From Bacteroidales bacterium (lineage in GTDB: Bacteria > Bacteroidota > Bacteroidia > Bacteroidales > UBA7332): a DNA stretch of 38,433 nucleotides. Below, in pieces: positions 8,237 through 17,818 of this stretch. The stretch's first letter is position 1. Every line of letters starts with the position of its first letter. The notes beneath the pieces were generated by a model. It was not told the DNA's origin. It searched no databases and saw nothing but the letters and a program-made list of their open reading frames with translations. The translations under genes and the position numbers were made by a program. The stretch lies in contig JBOFDD010000141.1 in assembly GCA_051646645.1 (NCBI GenBank), positions 1 through 38,433 on the forward strand, in the 5' to 3' direction.

Positions 8237-11200
8237 TTAGAAAGAAACGTTTACTCCGAATGCAACCGATTTAGATCCGAGAGCACCAAGTCCGCGTCCT
8301 GATTTTGATTCCGGATCGAAATCCTTCATTTTTTTATCTGCACGTATTGTAAACAGATTTTCAGCAGTCAGGAACATTTTCAATCCCGTAAGCGGAGTTT
8401 TGCTTAACAGACTTTTCGGGAACTGATATCCAAGAGATATTGTCTTGAAACGGAAGTAATCTGCATCGAAAAGCTGGAAGTCACTGAAGTTCTGATTGTA
8501 GTTATCGTAACTGTGTCCGCCATAAATTCTCGGATATCCGGCATTTGGATTCGGATTATTCGGACTCCAGCGATCCATATGGAACTGACGAGGATTTGAA
8601 TTCAGGAAGAAAGCCCAAACCTGTTCCGATTCAAACGCAGCCTGTGTTCCCGTTACGCCCTGACCAAACATCGATAATTCAAAGTTTTTGTACATCACAC
8701 TCAGGTTGATGCCATAAGTGAAATCAGGTACATCTTTACCTATGATTGTACGGTCTTCAGCTGTTATGTCACTTTTGTAAGGCACATCCGGACGTTGTGG
8801 TACATATTTTATGTCACCCGCATTCGGAACCCGGCCTAACTTGTAGTATTCGCCTCTGTCAATTTCATCCTGAGTGTAAAGTCCGTCCGTTTTATATCCA
8901 TAGAACGAACCGATAGATTCACCTTCTCTTAATATATAGCGGATTTTGTCTCCTCCGTTTACAACATCGTTGTTTGCACTTCCCAGATCCATGATCTTAT
9001 TTTTGTTCCATGAGAAGTTTGCACCTACAGTGTAGTTTACTTGTCCGATTGTGTTGCGGTGTGTAACAGCGAACTCAAAACCATTATTTTTTACTTTACC
9101 GATATTCTGAGCAGGTCTGTATTTCTCGTCAGAACTGATACCTGTTTCAAGCGGAACATTATAAGCAAGCAGGATATCGCTTGTGTTTTTGATGTAATAG
9201 TCAGCTACGAAATTCAGTTTTCCATTGAAGATATCGAAGTCAACACCAAAGTCGGTGATTGCAACTTTCTCCCATCCCAGATTTTTGTTCGCCGGTTTAG
9301 TTTCGATAATACCGATTACAGGAACATCTTCGAAGTTGAAGTTTTGATTGTTTCTATAATTCTGGAAGTAGTCATAGTTACCCACGTTGTTAATGTTACC
9401 CAGTTTACCCCATGAAGCACGCACTTTCAGATTGTCGATCCATGTTGCATTTTTAAGGAAATCTTCCTGATTAATTCTCCATGCAGTAGAGAAAGAAGGG
9501 AATACACCCCAGCGATTGTCTCGTGGAATCTTGAAGAACCATCCGTACGGATGTTACCCTCAAACAAGTAGCGATCCATGAAAGAATAGTTGATACGAGC
9601 AAAGTACGATCCGATTTTATATTCAGACATCCCCCCTTGATTAGTCATCTCTGCTGTCGAACCTGCATTCATATCAGGTAATCCGTCTGTAGGGAAATTC
9701 TTACGACTACTTTTCTGAATTTCGCTTTTGTAATGTTCATAAGATGTACCGATTAAAGCCGATACGTCATTATGTGAGTTTTTCCAGTCATATTTTGCCG
9801 TAGCCATGTAAAGCATACGGTTTGAACTTTGCCAGTTCATATCCATTTTATTCGTATATACTCCTGTTCCCGGAATCGGTTGTCCTGAATTGAAGTCAAT
9901 GATATCGTCAAATAATCCGGTATATGATTTCCCTTTATATTCATATCCTTTGTAGATCCCCTGTCCGCTGATCGTAAGTCCTTTTACCGGTTTAAAATCA
10001 AAACCAAGATCAATCATTGTATTGTCTGTTTTCGAATTTGACCAGTCGTTTTTGTCAAGCGCACGAAGCGGATTGTTTTTCATAAACTCCTGAGTAGCCT
10101 GAGCTCCACCGGCAATAGACCCGAACATTCCGTTTGAATGCTGAGCAACCATAATAGAAGGAACAGTAAGAAAGTTCATCAAAGCCGGAGCACCACGATC
10201 TCTGTCGCTTGCATCACGGATATACTTAACACCTGCTTTCAAAGTAATCCAGTCAGTCAGGTCAGCAGCAGTATTGATGTTGAAGTTATATCTTTCACTA
10301 TTCTGTCCGGGCATGAACTTTTCGTCAAACAAGTATCCCAGACCCGAAAAGAAACGGATTTTTTCACTACCACCGCTAAAGTTAAGCGAGTGTTGAGTAG
10401 TAACCGTATTTTTCTTTAGGACAAGATCAGACCAGTCTGTATTTGGATACAGGTCAGGATTAGATCCGTTTTTGAACATTTCGATTTCCTCTTCGCTATA
10501 AGCCTGATTCCAGCCTTTTGATGCATCGCGGTTGTAGAATGCTTCATTTAATAGTTCTGCATAATCCCATGAGTTAACAAGATCAGGAAGATAAGTCGGG
10601 TTTTTGATACCTACATAGCCGTTATATGAAATATTCAGCTTGTCTTTTTTACCTGTTTTGGTTGTAACCAACACCACCCCGTAAGCAGCACGCGAACCGT
10701 AGATCGCACTTGATGCAGCATCTTTCAGGAATGAGATCGATTCAATACTGTTAGGGTCAAGACTTGAGAAGAACCCCGCATCAGCTATTGCTCCGTCAAT
10801 AACATAAAGAGGCTCAGAAGTACCTAAGTTTCCTCTACCACGAAAGTTGATTGTCGGATTTTCGCCCGGACGTGAGATAATCGTTACACCCGGAACAGTA
10901 CCCTGAACGGCAGAAAGCACGTTTGTCTGAACACGATCTTTGATATCGTCAGATGAAATTGCTGCTACAGACCCCGAAAGGTTAACCTTTTTCTGAGTAC
11001 CGTACCCCACAACCACAACTTCGTCCAGCGCCTTAGAGTCGTCCTTCAGCGTGATGCGCATCGGGCTGTTACTGTTCGCTGCAACTAACATCGGCTGATA
11101 TCCGATATATGTCACTTTGATCATGCTGCCTTCCGGAGCATTCAGCGTAAAGTTACCGTCAAAATCCGTAATCGTTCCGTCAGTTGTACCATCTACAACT

Positions 11201-11601
11201 ACGTTTGCACCGATAACCGCTTCGCCGGTATTGTCTAAAATTGTCCCGCTGATTTTTTTAGCTTGTCCCGCTTTCTTTGAGCTGATAGAAATGTTATTTC
11301 CGTTTACTGCAAAAGTCAGATTTTTAGCTGACAGAATGCTTGACAATACATCTTTGACAGTGATATTCTCTTTGTTGAGAGAGATATCGTTCTGAGAAGG
11401 AAGAACAATATCACGATACGAGAAGCGATAATTTGTTTGTTTCTCAATCAGTGATAATACATTTTTAAGATTGGTTTTTTCAACATTCAAATTCACTTTT
11501 TGTGTTTGAGCAAATACCGAAACCGGATTTGTCAATAAAAAAAGGAATAAGAGTTTAGACAATACAATGCTAATTGTATTGAAACTTGATTTCAACTTCA
11601 T
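8237..11601 (-). pseudogene. SusC/RagA-family TonB-dependent transducer with N-terminal STN domain, split by a 1-nt frameshift near 9518-9522 (ORFs 9427-11601 and 8237-9424)
   Basis: Signal peptide, then an STN-like segment (NLKNVLSLIEKQTNYRFSY), a CarboxypepD_reg-like segment (ISGTILDNTGEAVIGANVVVDGTTDG), the plug (DEVVVVGYGTQKKVNLSGSV) and a barrel ending ..AFGVNVSF. After ..DGSSRFHE the frame is lost. A +1 shift restores DNRWGVFPSFSTAWRINQEDFLKNATWIDNLKVRASWGKLGN, which continues into the downstream ORF. Confidence 0.85.
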
Positions 11602-11688
11602 GTGATTAGTTTTTACAGGTTTGTCAATTGTTATGTTTTATGATTTTTGTTTTCGGTCAGAAGTCATCATTCCTTGTGTGTGTTTTCT

Positions 11689-12672
11689 TCAGTGATTAAA
11701 CTGTATGATTAAATTTTTGTTGTGTATTCTGAATTTAAAATCATAGTGGTACTGTAGAGCTTGAAGAATTTCGTCCAGACTTTCTCCTTCGAAGCTTCCG
11801 CTAAACCGATCACTGAGATATCCTGATTCAGAACATTGCAGCTGGTATCCATAATATTTGCAAAGCTCCTCTAAAACGTCTCTTAATGGAGCAGATTTAA
11901 ATATAAATTTACCACTTAGCCAGGCGATATCTTCTTTTGAATCCGTATTTTCAATGACTAATTTTCGTTCTTTGATATTGAAAATAGCCTTTTGATTGGG
12001 TTTTAACTGCGATTCCGGAAACGACTCGTTGTCGCTGTATAAAGCTACTGACCCTTCAACCAGAGATGTCTCAATGACCGGGCTATTGCTGTAAGCCGAA
12101 ACATTGAATGTAGTTCCGAGTACTTTAATATATAAGTCTGATGTCTCTACGATGAATGGCTTCTTTTTATCCTTGTTTACTTCAAAGTAACCCTCTCCGA
12201 CAAGTCTTAGTTTCCTTTTTGATTCTCCAAAATCGGCAGGATAACTCAATTCCGTTCCGGCATTAAGTTTGACGGTACTTCCATCAGGCAGCTTTACTGT
12301 GGCTCTTTCTCCTTCGGCAACAATAACCTGAAGATCCTTGCTCGCTGAATTATTCTGACTCTCACCCTGAATAATCGAATAGGCTTGATAACCTGCAAGA
12401 ATCACAAGACCGATCGCAGCAATGTTTCTGAGCTGACGGAACAGATGAACGACCTTACCTTTTTTCTTCTCTTTAATAATCCGGTCAATCTTACGGAATG
12501 ATTGTGCTCTTTTCTTTCCGGTATACTCATACTTTACCCACACGTCTTCCAGTATGGATTTAATAGCAGCATCCGGAAGAGTAGGAATAATATCGCATAA
12601 TTGCTTCCACTCATCCGCAGTGATAGTGCCATTGGCATATTTTTCAAATAATAGATATATCGGATCTTTCAT
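11689..12672 (-). CDS. FecR-family transmembrane anti-sigma factor
   Basis: Preferred start is MKDPIYLLFEKY.. at 12672; the track ORF extends to 12735. One TM helix (IAAIGLVILAGYQAYSII). FecR-like periplasmic domain (VKLPDGSTVKLNAGTELSY..GEGYFEV..PFIVET..LGTTFNV). Positioned between the ECF sigma gene and the STN-SusC gene. Confidence 0.85.
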   Translation of the reverse strand: MKDPIYLLFEKYANGTITADEWKQLCDIIPTLPDAAIKSILEDVWVKYEYTGKKRAQSFRKIDRIIKEKKKGKVVHLFRQLRNIAAIGLVILAGYQAYSIIQGESQNNSASKDLQVIVAEGERATVKLPDGSTVKLNAGTELSYPADFGESKRKLRLVGEGYFEVNKDKKKPFIVETSDLYIKVLGTTFNVSAYSNSPVIETSLVEGSVALYSDNESFPESQLKPNQKAIFNIKERKLVIENTDSKEDIAWLSGKFIFKSAPLRDVLEELCKYYGYQLQCSESGYLSDRFSGSFEGESLDEILQALQYHYDFKFRIHNKNLIIQFNH

Positions 12673-12743
12673 GTTGTTCCTTTTTCTGGAATTTATAAGA
12701 GTTACGTAATACTGATTTAAATTTACCAGAAGCAATTCGTTAT

Positions 12744-13319
12744 TTAACTTATATTATAGATTAAGAGAAGTAAATAAGCAGAACAGGATAACTCTTCTCT
12801 CAGTATCTGGAGAGAAGAATACAAATGGTTGTAGACAGAGCGTTCTGTGATATCAAGCTTATCGGATATTTCTTTTATAGAAATTCCAAGCTCCTTGTTT
12901 AATTCAAAAATTTCTCTCTGGCGGGGTGTTAATTTCATCTTTGCGCTTCTCAGATTCTCAACAAATTCATCATAGTCCAGCTCCTGGTCAACATTATTGT
13001 GGCTAATATTCATGCATTCAGAATGTTGCATGTAGTCTTCGAAAAGCGGGTTTTTCACCTTTCTTCTAATTTCATCAACTAATAAATTCTGGGCTATCCG
13101 GAAAAGATAAGCTTTAAATGATAATGCTTCATCAATTGTTGAATGATGAAGCCAGACTTTCAGAAAAGTCTCTTGCGTAATATCATCAGCAGTTTCCTCC
13201 GATCTGCTTAGCTTAAAGATAAAGCCCTTCAGATTTTTTGCATGAATTTCATACAGTGTCTGAAAAGCCTTATAATCCCCTTTCTTTAAGGCTAAAATCA
13301 ACTCAACTTCCTTTATCAT
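12744..13319 (-). CDS. ECF (sigma-70 family, group 4) RNA polymerase sigma factor
   Basis: Region 2 (DITQETFLKVW..KAYLFRIAQNLLVDEIRR) and region 4 HTH (LTPRQREIFELNKELGISIKEISDKLDITERSVYNHL). First gene of the sigma / anti-sigma / susC / susD arrangement. Confidence 0.9.
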   Translation of the reverse strand: MIKEVELILALKKGDYKAFQTLYEIHAKNLKGFIFKLSRSEETADDITQETFLKVWLHHSTIDEALSFKAYLFRIAQNLLVDEIRRKVKNPLFEDYMQHSECMNISHNNVDQELDYDEFVENLRSAKMKLTPRQREIFELNKELGISIKEISDKLDITERSVYNHLYSSLQILREELSCSAYLLLLIYNIS

Positions 13320-13468
13320 CTCTACTGAAAAATATTAATATATTTGCGAATATATAAAATATAGTCAACTGAAATGTATATTGGTAAATAATAATAATGA
13401 ACTTTGCTGACGGTCTTAGGTTTATTGAACGTTTATCGAAAGGTTTTTATCTGCTTTTATACCCAGGC

Positions 13469-14341
13469 TTACATGTTTTCGATAAAATCCAGAATAATTT
13501 TGTATACTTTATTATGATCTGTTTCGTTCAATACCTCATGTTTCATATTGGGTATTACGATATTGGTAAGGTTCTTATAACCGCATTTTTTCAATAACCT
13601 GAAAGATCTTTTCAAGCCTTGCTTTCCTCCTGTCACAGGATCCTCTTCGCCTGTTACGCTTAGTATTGGTAGTCCGGGATTATTACACAGATAATGCTTC
13701 TTCTCTTTTAATTCACGCACGGCTTTCATAACTGTAAGAACCGATTCGTTTGGGTATGCATATCCGCAGAGCGGATCTGATTTATACTTAGCTATGTTCT
13801 CAGAATTAAAACTAATCCAGGATACATTTTTTCCATTCATAATAAAGTATCTGAGAAAGCTGTTGTAGCCTCTTTTCCCAGAAAGGCAGATCGCAACTTT
13901 AGTGAGAAGTATTCCCAGTGGTGTCAGTATATTGTAATCTACCGTTCCTGTTAATATCAGCCCTGCTATTCGTGAATCGTGATTTTCTAAATAGCATCTT
14001 GAGAAAACAGAGCCTAACGAATGGCCAAAGAGATACAATCGGCATCCCGGATGCTGATTGCAAATGTACTCACTGACTTTGTAGTTGTCGTCAACAATCT
14101 GCTGCCAGCTATCCATATATCCTAATGTGTAAATGTTGTTTAAAGATTCTCCATGTCCTCTGTTGTCTGCAACAATCACGGCGTATCCATTTTCGTTAAG
14201 GTATCTGGCGAAGTCAAAGTATCTTTCTTTATGTTCGACTGATCCATGAATTATCTGTACTAATGCTTTGGGATCTTGATGATTAAATATTGTTGCGGCA
14301 ATTATTAATCCGTCTGAAGCCTCTATTCTAAGATGTTCCAT
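13469..14341 (-). CDS. Alpha/beta hydrolase (lysophospholipase / monoacylglycerol lipase-like)
   Basis: IIHGSVEH oxyanion region, nucleophile elbow LFGHSLGS, and C-terminal ..MKHEVLNE histidine motif. Confidence 0.75.
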   Translation of the reverse strand: MEHLRIEASDGLIIAATIFNHQDPKALVQIIHGSVEHKERYFDFARYLNENGYAVIVADNRGHGESLNNIYTLGYMDSWQQIVDDNYKVSEYICNQHPGCRLYLFGHSLGSVFSRCYLENHDSRIAGLILTGTVDYNILTPLGILLTKVAICLSGKRGYNSFLRYFIMNGKNVSWISFNSENIAKYKSDPLCGYAYPNESVLTVMKAVRELKEKKHYLCNNPGLPILSVTGEEDPVTGGKQGLKRSFRLLKKCGYKNLTNIVIPNMKHEVLNETDHNKVYKIILDFIENM

Positions 14342-14520
14342 AAAACAGAATTTATCAAATATGTATGGCTGAATACTGTAGTCATATACATTTGTGTTAC
14401 TTGTTTTTTACAACAATCGAATACAAAGGAAGTTTTAATTTTAGGCAAATCAATAGGATTCATTCACCGTATGAATCTGATTAGTAGTTTTCTATGTAGT
14501 TTTAGATGCGTTAATTTGGA

Positions 14521-14528
14521 TATTTTTG
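14521..14528 (+). promoter_or_regulatory. Candidate Bacteroides -7 promoter box (TATTTTTG) upstream of the TonB-C paralog pair
   Basis: Exact match to the TAnnTTTG consensus, 107 nt upstream of the ATG at 14635. Motif match is the only evidence. Confidence 0.25.
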
Positions 14529-14634
14529 CTTTATTTGCAATCTGATAGTCCTTTTTAGATACAAGCATCCAGTTTTTATTTCGGATATCATACAATGAAA
14601 TCAGGTTATACCGATATTAATATTCTTTTTATCT

Positions 14635-15666
14635 ATGAAAAATAAACGAGCGATTACCTATTTACTTTTCGTCTTTGTCTTCTCTGTTATTTATGCACAG
14701 CAGGATAACGCTTTGCTTCAGGAGATGCTGAAAGCAAACCGCATATCTTATCCTTTTGATTTGACGAAGCGTACTGAATTTAAAGCTGTTCAAATACCCG
14801 CATCTCTCAACAAATTGCAGGAGTGTAATATCTATAATGATATACGTAGATATAGTCTGAAAGAGAAAGTTTCGGCTTTTCGTGTATTAGGTAAGTTCAA
14901 TTTAGTTAAACATAATCATGTATTCCTTGTCGAGTTTGGTGATCCGAAAAAAGAGCGACGCCAGTTTCTCTGGGTAATGAATAAGGAGGGAAAACTGTTA
15001 AGCTCCCTTGATGTTGGTTCCGGTTATGGCCCGAATCTGCTTACGAAGCAATTTTCCGTGTGGAGTGATAAAAAGATTATGGTAAATCAGATTTATTCTT
15101 ACGGTTCAGACTCAGTGTGTTATCAGAATTTTAATTCTTTTACCGGCGGACGTATTGATACTCAGTTTAAGATTGAAGAGTCGGGGCAGATAAAGATTCT
15201 TGGAGCAAGAGCTTATTATGGTAAGACGTATGATCGAAATGAAATGGAAAACCGGTTTTATGAGATAGCCGAAGGGACTGAAAAAGAACGAAAAAAAAAT
15301 CCGATGTACTACTGTAGCGATGCTTTTTTATTAATTGACTCTTTGACTCTCTCTGCCGATTCGGTTGATAATCCACCTCAGTTTCCCGGAGGAGATGACG
15401 CGTTAAAGAGTTATGTTAGTGAAAAACTGGAAAATATCAGATTTGATCCCGAACTTGTATTTATAGGAGGAGAGGTAACCGTAGCTTTTATAATTAATGA
15501 AGATGGCGTAATTTGCAACATTGAAATTGTCAACGGCTTGAATGAACGGGTAGACTATTTTTGCAAGGAGCTTATTCGTCGTATGCCCGACTGGATTCCC
15601 GGTGAGCATGATGGCAAAAAGGTTCCGGTGAAAGTGACTCTACCTTTATTAATCCCAATAATTTAA
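14635..15666 (+). CDS. Secreted protein with an unknown ~240-aa N-domain and a C-terminal TonB-C-like domain (paralog 1)
   Basis: Signal peptide MKNKRAITYLLFVFVFSVIYA/QQ. C-terminal PPQFPGGDDALKSYVSEKLE...GEVTVAFIINEDGVICNIEIVNGL...MPDWIPGEHDGKKVPVKVTLPL matches the TonB C-terminal fold pattern. No N-terminal membrane anchor or Pro-rich spacer. Confidence 0.7.
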   Translation: MKNKRAITYLLFVFVFSVIYAQQDNALLQEMLKANRISYPFDLTKRTEFKAVQIPASLNKLQECNIYNDIRRYSLKEKVSAFRVLGKFNLVKHNHVFLVEFGDPKKERRQFLWVMNKEGKLLSSLDVGSGYGPNLLTKQFSVWSDKKIMVNQIYSYGSDSVCYQNFNSFTGGRIDTQFKIEESGQIKILGARAYYGKTYDRNEMENRFYEIAEGTEKERKKNPMYYCSDAFLLIDSLTLSADSVDNPPQFPGGDDALKSYVSEKLENIRFDPELVFIGGEVTVAFIINEDGVICNIEIVNGLNERVDYFCKELIRRMPDWIPGEHDGKKVPVKVTLPLLIPII

Positions 15667-15669
15667 TCA

Positions 15670-16701
15670 ATGAAATCAGTTCTACTTAAGATTACTCTTC
15701 TTATTCTATTTGTTTTGCTAGCTGATACAGGAGTTGCTCAGGTGTATGAAAAGCTGGAGAAAATGAAAGATGGCTCTTTTCGGGTCAGGAGTGATGTCAA
15801 TTTCAAAAGATCTTACTTAAATGAATCAGGTTCCGGAGAATCTGTTGATCTGAATGTCCCTTTTTCTGTCAATTTATATTCAGATTTTCAGGAGACCGAG
15901 TTGCTTTGTACGGTTAAGAATTACTCTGTACTTGCTTTTGATCGTCTGCCAACAGTTAACCTTTATCTTCTGAACTTCAAAGATGAAGGAATTGGGAAAG
16001 TATATGCCTGTACATTCAAGGGTAGTGTCATGATTGATTCTCTTCTGATTGGTCGTTATTCCGATGATCTGATATTGAAACAGTTTGGGTTTTATCGTAG
16101 TTCTCAGAGACACTCCAGCGAAGTACGTACGTATGAGCTAATTCCTCTAGACAGATCAAAGCACAATTGGTCGGATATGAAAAAGATGATTGCAGGGCGT
16201 TGTGACATATATTATACAATAAATGAGGAGGGGAAATTTGTGAAGGGAAATTCCATCAGATATTATTCGGAGGTTTACACCCGCAAGTATCTTATGAATC
16301 CCTATTATAATATATGGGAAGGAGAAGAACGTAAGATTGATAAGAAAAAGAATAATGAATCTTTCTTTCGATCAAACTACCAACCTAAGATTTACAATCA
16401 ACAAGACTCATTAGATGCAAGACCTTCCTTTTCCGGTGGAGCTGATCGTATGAATGAGTTTATTGCGACTAAATTGAAGCAATTTCTGGCACTTAAATCC
16501 GAACCCAAACAATCGGGGGATGTAGTTGTAAGTTTTGTGATAGATGAAGCAGGAGAGCCAACGCTGCTAACAATTGCTTCCGGTATTAGTCAATGGCAAA
16601 ACCGTATGGCAGAGGAAATAGTCCGGCAAATGTCCTGGAATCCAGGAATGCTTAATGGAAGAGAAGTGCCGGTTTTATCCAAACTAACAGTTTCGTTTTA
16701 A
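15670..16701 (+). CDS. Secreted protein with an unknown N-domain and a C-terminal TonB-C-like domain (paralog 2)
   Basis: Same length (343 aa) and architecture as the upstream gene, starting 3 nt after its stop. Signal peptide MKSVLLKITLLILFVLLADTGVA/Q. RPSFSGGADRMNEFIATKLK...GDVVVSFVIDEAGEPT...WNPGMLNGREVPV. GRCDIYYTINEEGKF parallels GRIDTQFKIEESGQI in paralog 1. Confidence 0.7.
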   Translation: MKSVLLKITLLILFVLLADTGVAQVYEKLEKMKDGSFRVRSDVNFKRSYLNESGSGESVDLNVPFSVNLYSDFQETELLCTVKNYSVLAFDRLPTVNLYLLNFKDEGIGKVYACTFKGSVMIDSLLIGRYSDDLILKQFGFYRSSQRHSSEVRTYELIPLDRSKHNWSDMKKMIAGRCDIYYTINEEGKFVKGNSIRYYSEVYTRKYLMNPYYNIWEGEERKIDKKKNNESFFRSNYQPKIYNQQDSLDARPSFSGGADRMNEFIATKLKQFLALKSEPKQSGDVVVSFVIDEAGEPTLLTIASGISQWQNRMAEEIVRQMSWNPGMLNGREVPVLSKLTVSF

Positions 16702-16789
16702 AGTCCGTTTAGATCCTGTGAATCCTTCCCCTTTAATGCTAACATTCAATAATATATTGATAAAAAGGGATTATCGCAAATGGAATGCG

Positions 16790-16797
16790 TATCTTTG
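16790..16797 (+). promoter_or_regulatory. Candidate -7 promoter box (TATCTTTG) for the UDG-fold gene
   Basis: Exact TAnnTTTG match 25 nt upstream of the ATG at 16822. Confidence 0.4.
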
Positions 16798-16821
16798 CGG
16801 CTTCAAACAAAAGTAGAATAA

Positions 16822-17490
16822 ATGAGATCTAAAGATTTAAAGGCAGCTAAGGCTGCAAAAGTATTGGTGATCGGCGAAGATTCAAACCTGTACTGGTCAG
16901 AAACAGTAGCTCCGGTTGTGATGTTTGCTGATTATTATTTCCGTGAATTTCCGAAAGATCACGGAGAGCGCAGCCGCAATGTTGAAGCCCGCAATCTGTT
17001 TGACTACATTACATACCTAACAGGCAGTCAGTTCGAGAACGAAGAATATTATTTTACGAATCTTTGTAACGACCTTGTTGCTGCACCTCCAAGAGGAAAA
17101 CGTGTACTAATCCCTACAGAGAAAGCTGTTCGCGGATTGGCACATATCGAATGGATTCTGGAACAAAATCCGACCATTGAATATGTGGTTGCTATGTCGA
17201 TGCAGACCAATTACTGGTTGCAGAAACTTGGCTTCTATGCTGAAGACGAAAAGTTTACTTATGGTGCTCAACCCCGTCAGGTTGGACTAAACTCGGAGGA
17301 TCCTTTCTATCAGCCTGTTGATGGAAAAGCTTTCCGTCCTGTTTGTGGTCGCATCTTTAATGTAAACAAACAAGAAGGAATGAAGCTGATCGCTGCTCTG
17401 CCTGCAAAAGATTTCCCGTTGAACGACAAAAACCGCGAGATCTACGGTGAGGCTTATGCAGAGCTTCGTGCTGTAATGCTTAAAAAATAA
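16822..17490 (+). CDS. Hypothetical cytoplasmic protein, probable divergent uracil-DNA-glycosylase-superfamily fold
   Basis: The order of elements mirrors family-4 UDGs: KVLVIGEDSN (vs ..VGEGPG), ARNLFDYITYLTG, EYYFTNLCNDL (vs vYiTNivKC), IEYVVAMS (vs iivpLG), KLIAALPAKDFP (vs vfpmfHPa). The catalytic-motif residues are replaced. No signal peptide. Confidence 0.45.
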   Translation: MRSKDLKAAKAAKVLVIGEDSNLYWSETVAPVVMFADYYFREFPKDHGERSRNVEARNLFDYITYLTGSQFENEEYYFTNLCNDLVAAPPRGKRVLIPTEKAVRGLAHIEWILEQNPTIEYVVAMSMQTNYWLQKLGFYAEDEKFTYGAQPRQVGLNSEDPFYQPVDGKAFRPVCGRIFNVNKQEGMKLIAALPAKDFPLNDKNREIYGEAYAELRAVMLKK

Positions 17491-17527
17491 AGAATATCGG
17501 TTAAGCTTGATTGATATTTGAATTAGA

Positions 17528-17566
17528 AGAAAGGGGAAATCAGACTCATTCTGTTTTCCCCTTTCT
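17528..17566 (+). terminator. Rho-independent terminator-like hairpin after the UDG-fold gene
   Basis: AGAAAGGGGAAA (17528-17539) pairs perfectly with TTTCCCCTTTCT (17555-17566), with a 15-nt loop. Followed by GTTATATTTTA. Confidence 0.6.
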
Positions 17567-17818
17567 GTTATATTTTACCCAATGTGTTTTACCGAAGCAT
17601 TAAGTGAATCCTGAAAAGTAAGCACGTGATTCATGGATTGTATGTTTGGTTTCTGTCCATAATAGTGCGATTTAATGTGCTCAAATGTGCCTGAACATAC
17701 ACTATTTATTCAATTCCTGAACTCTGGTTCTGAAACTTTCCATACGTAGCAATCTGCCGCAGGATACGTATAAATAGTTCTGATTATAGGTAAGATTAAT
17801 CTGATCTGCAAGGGGGAT

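Noticed and set aside
3466-11395. Short ORFs inside or antisense to PUL-1 genes (3466-3738, 4533-4742, 4594-4803, 5807-6076, 6498-6758, 6640-6822, 7224-7490, 7375-7659, 9041-9415, 10138-10419, 11117-11395)
   Set aside because: All are fully embedded in longer ORFs that carry strong family signatures. Their translations are low-complexity and lack motifs, so I treat them as frame shadows.
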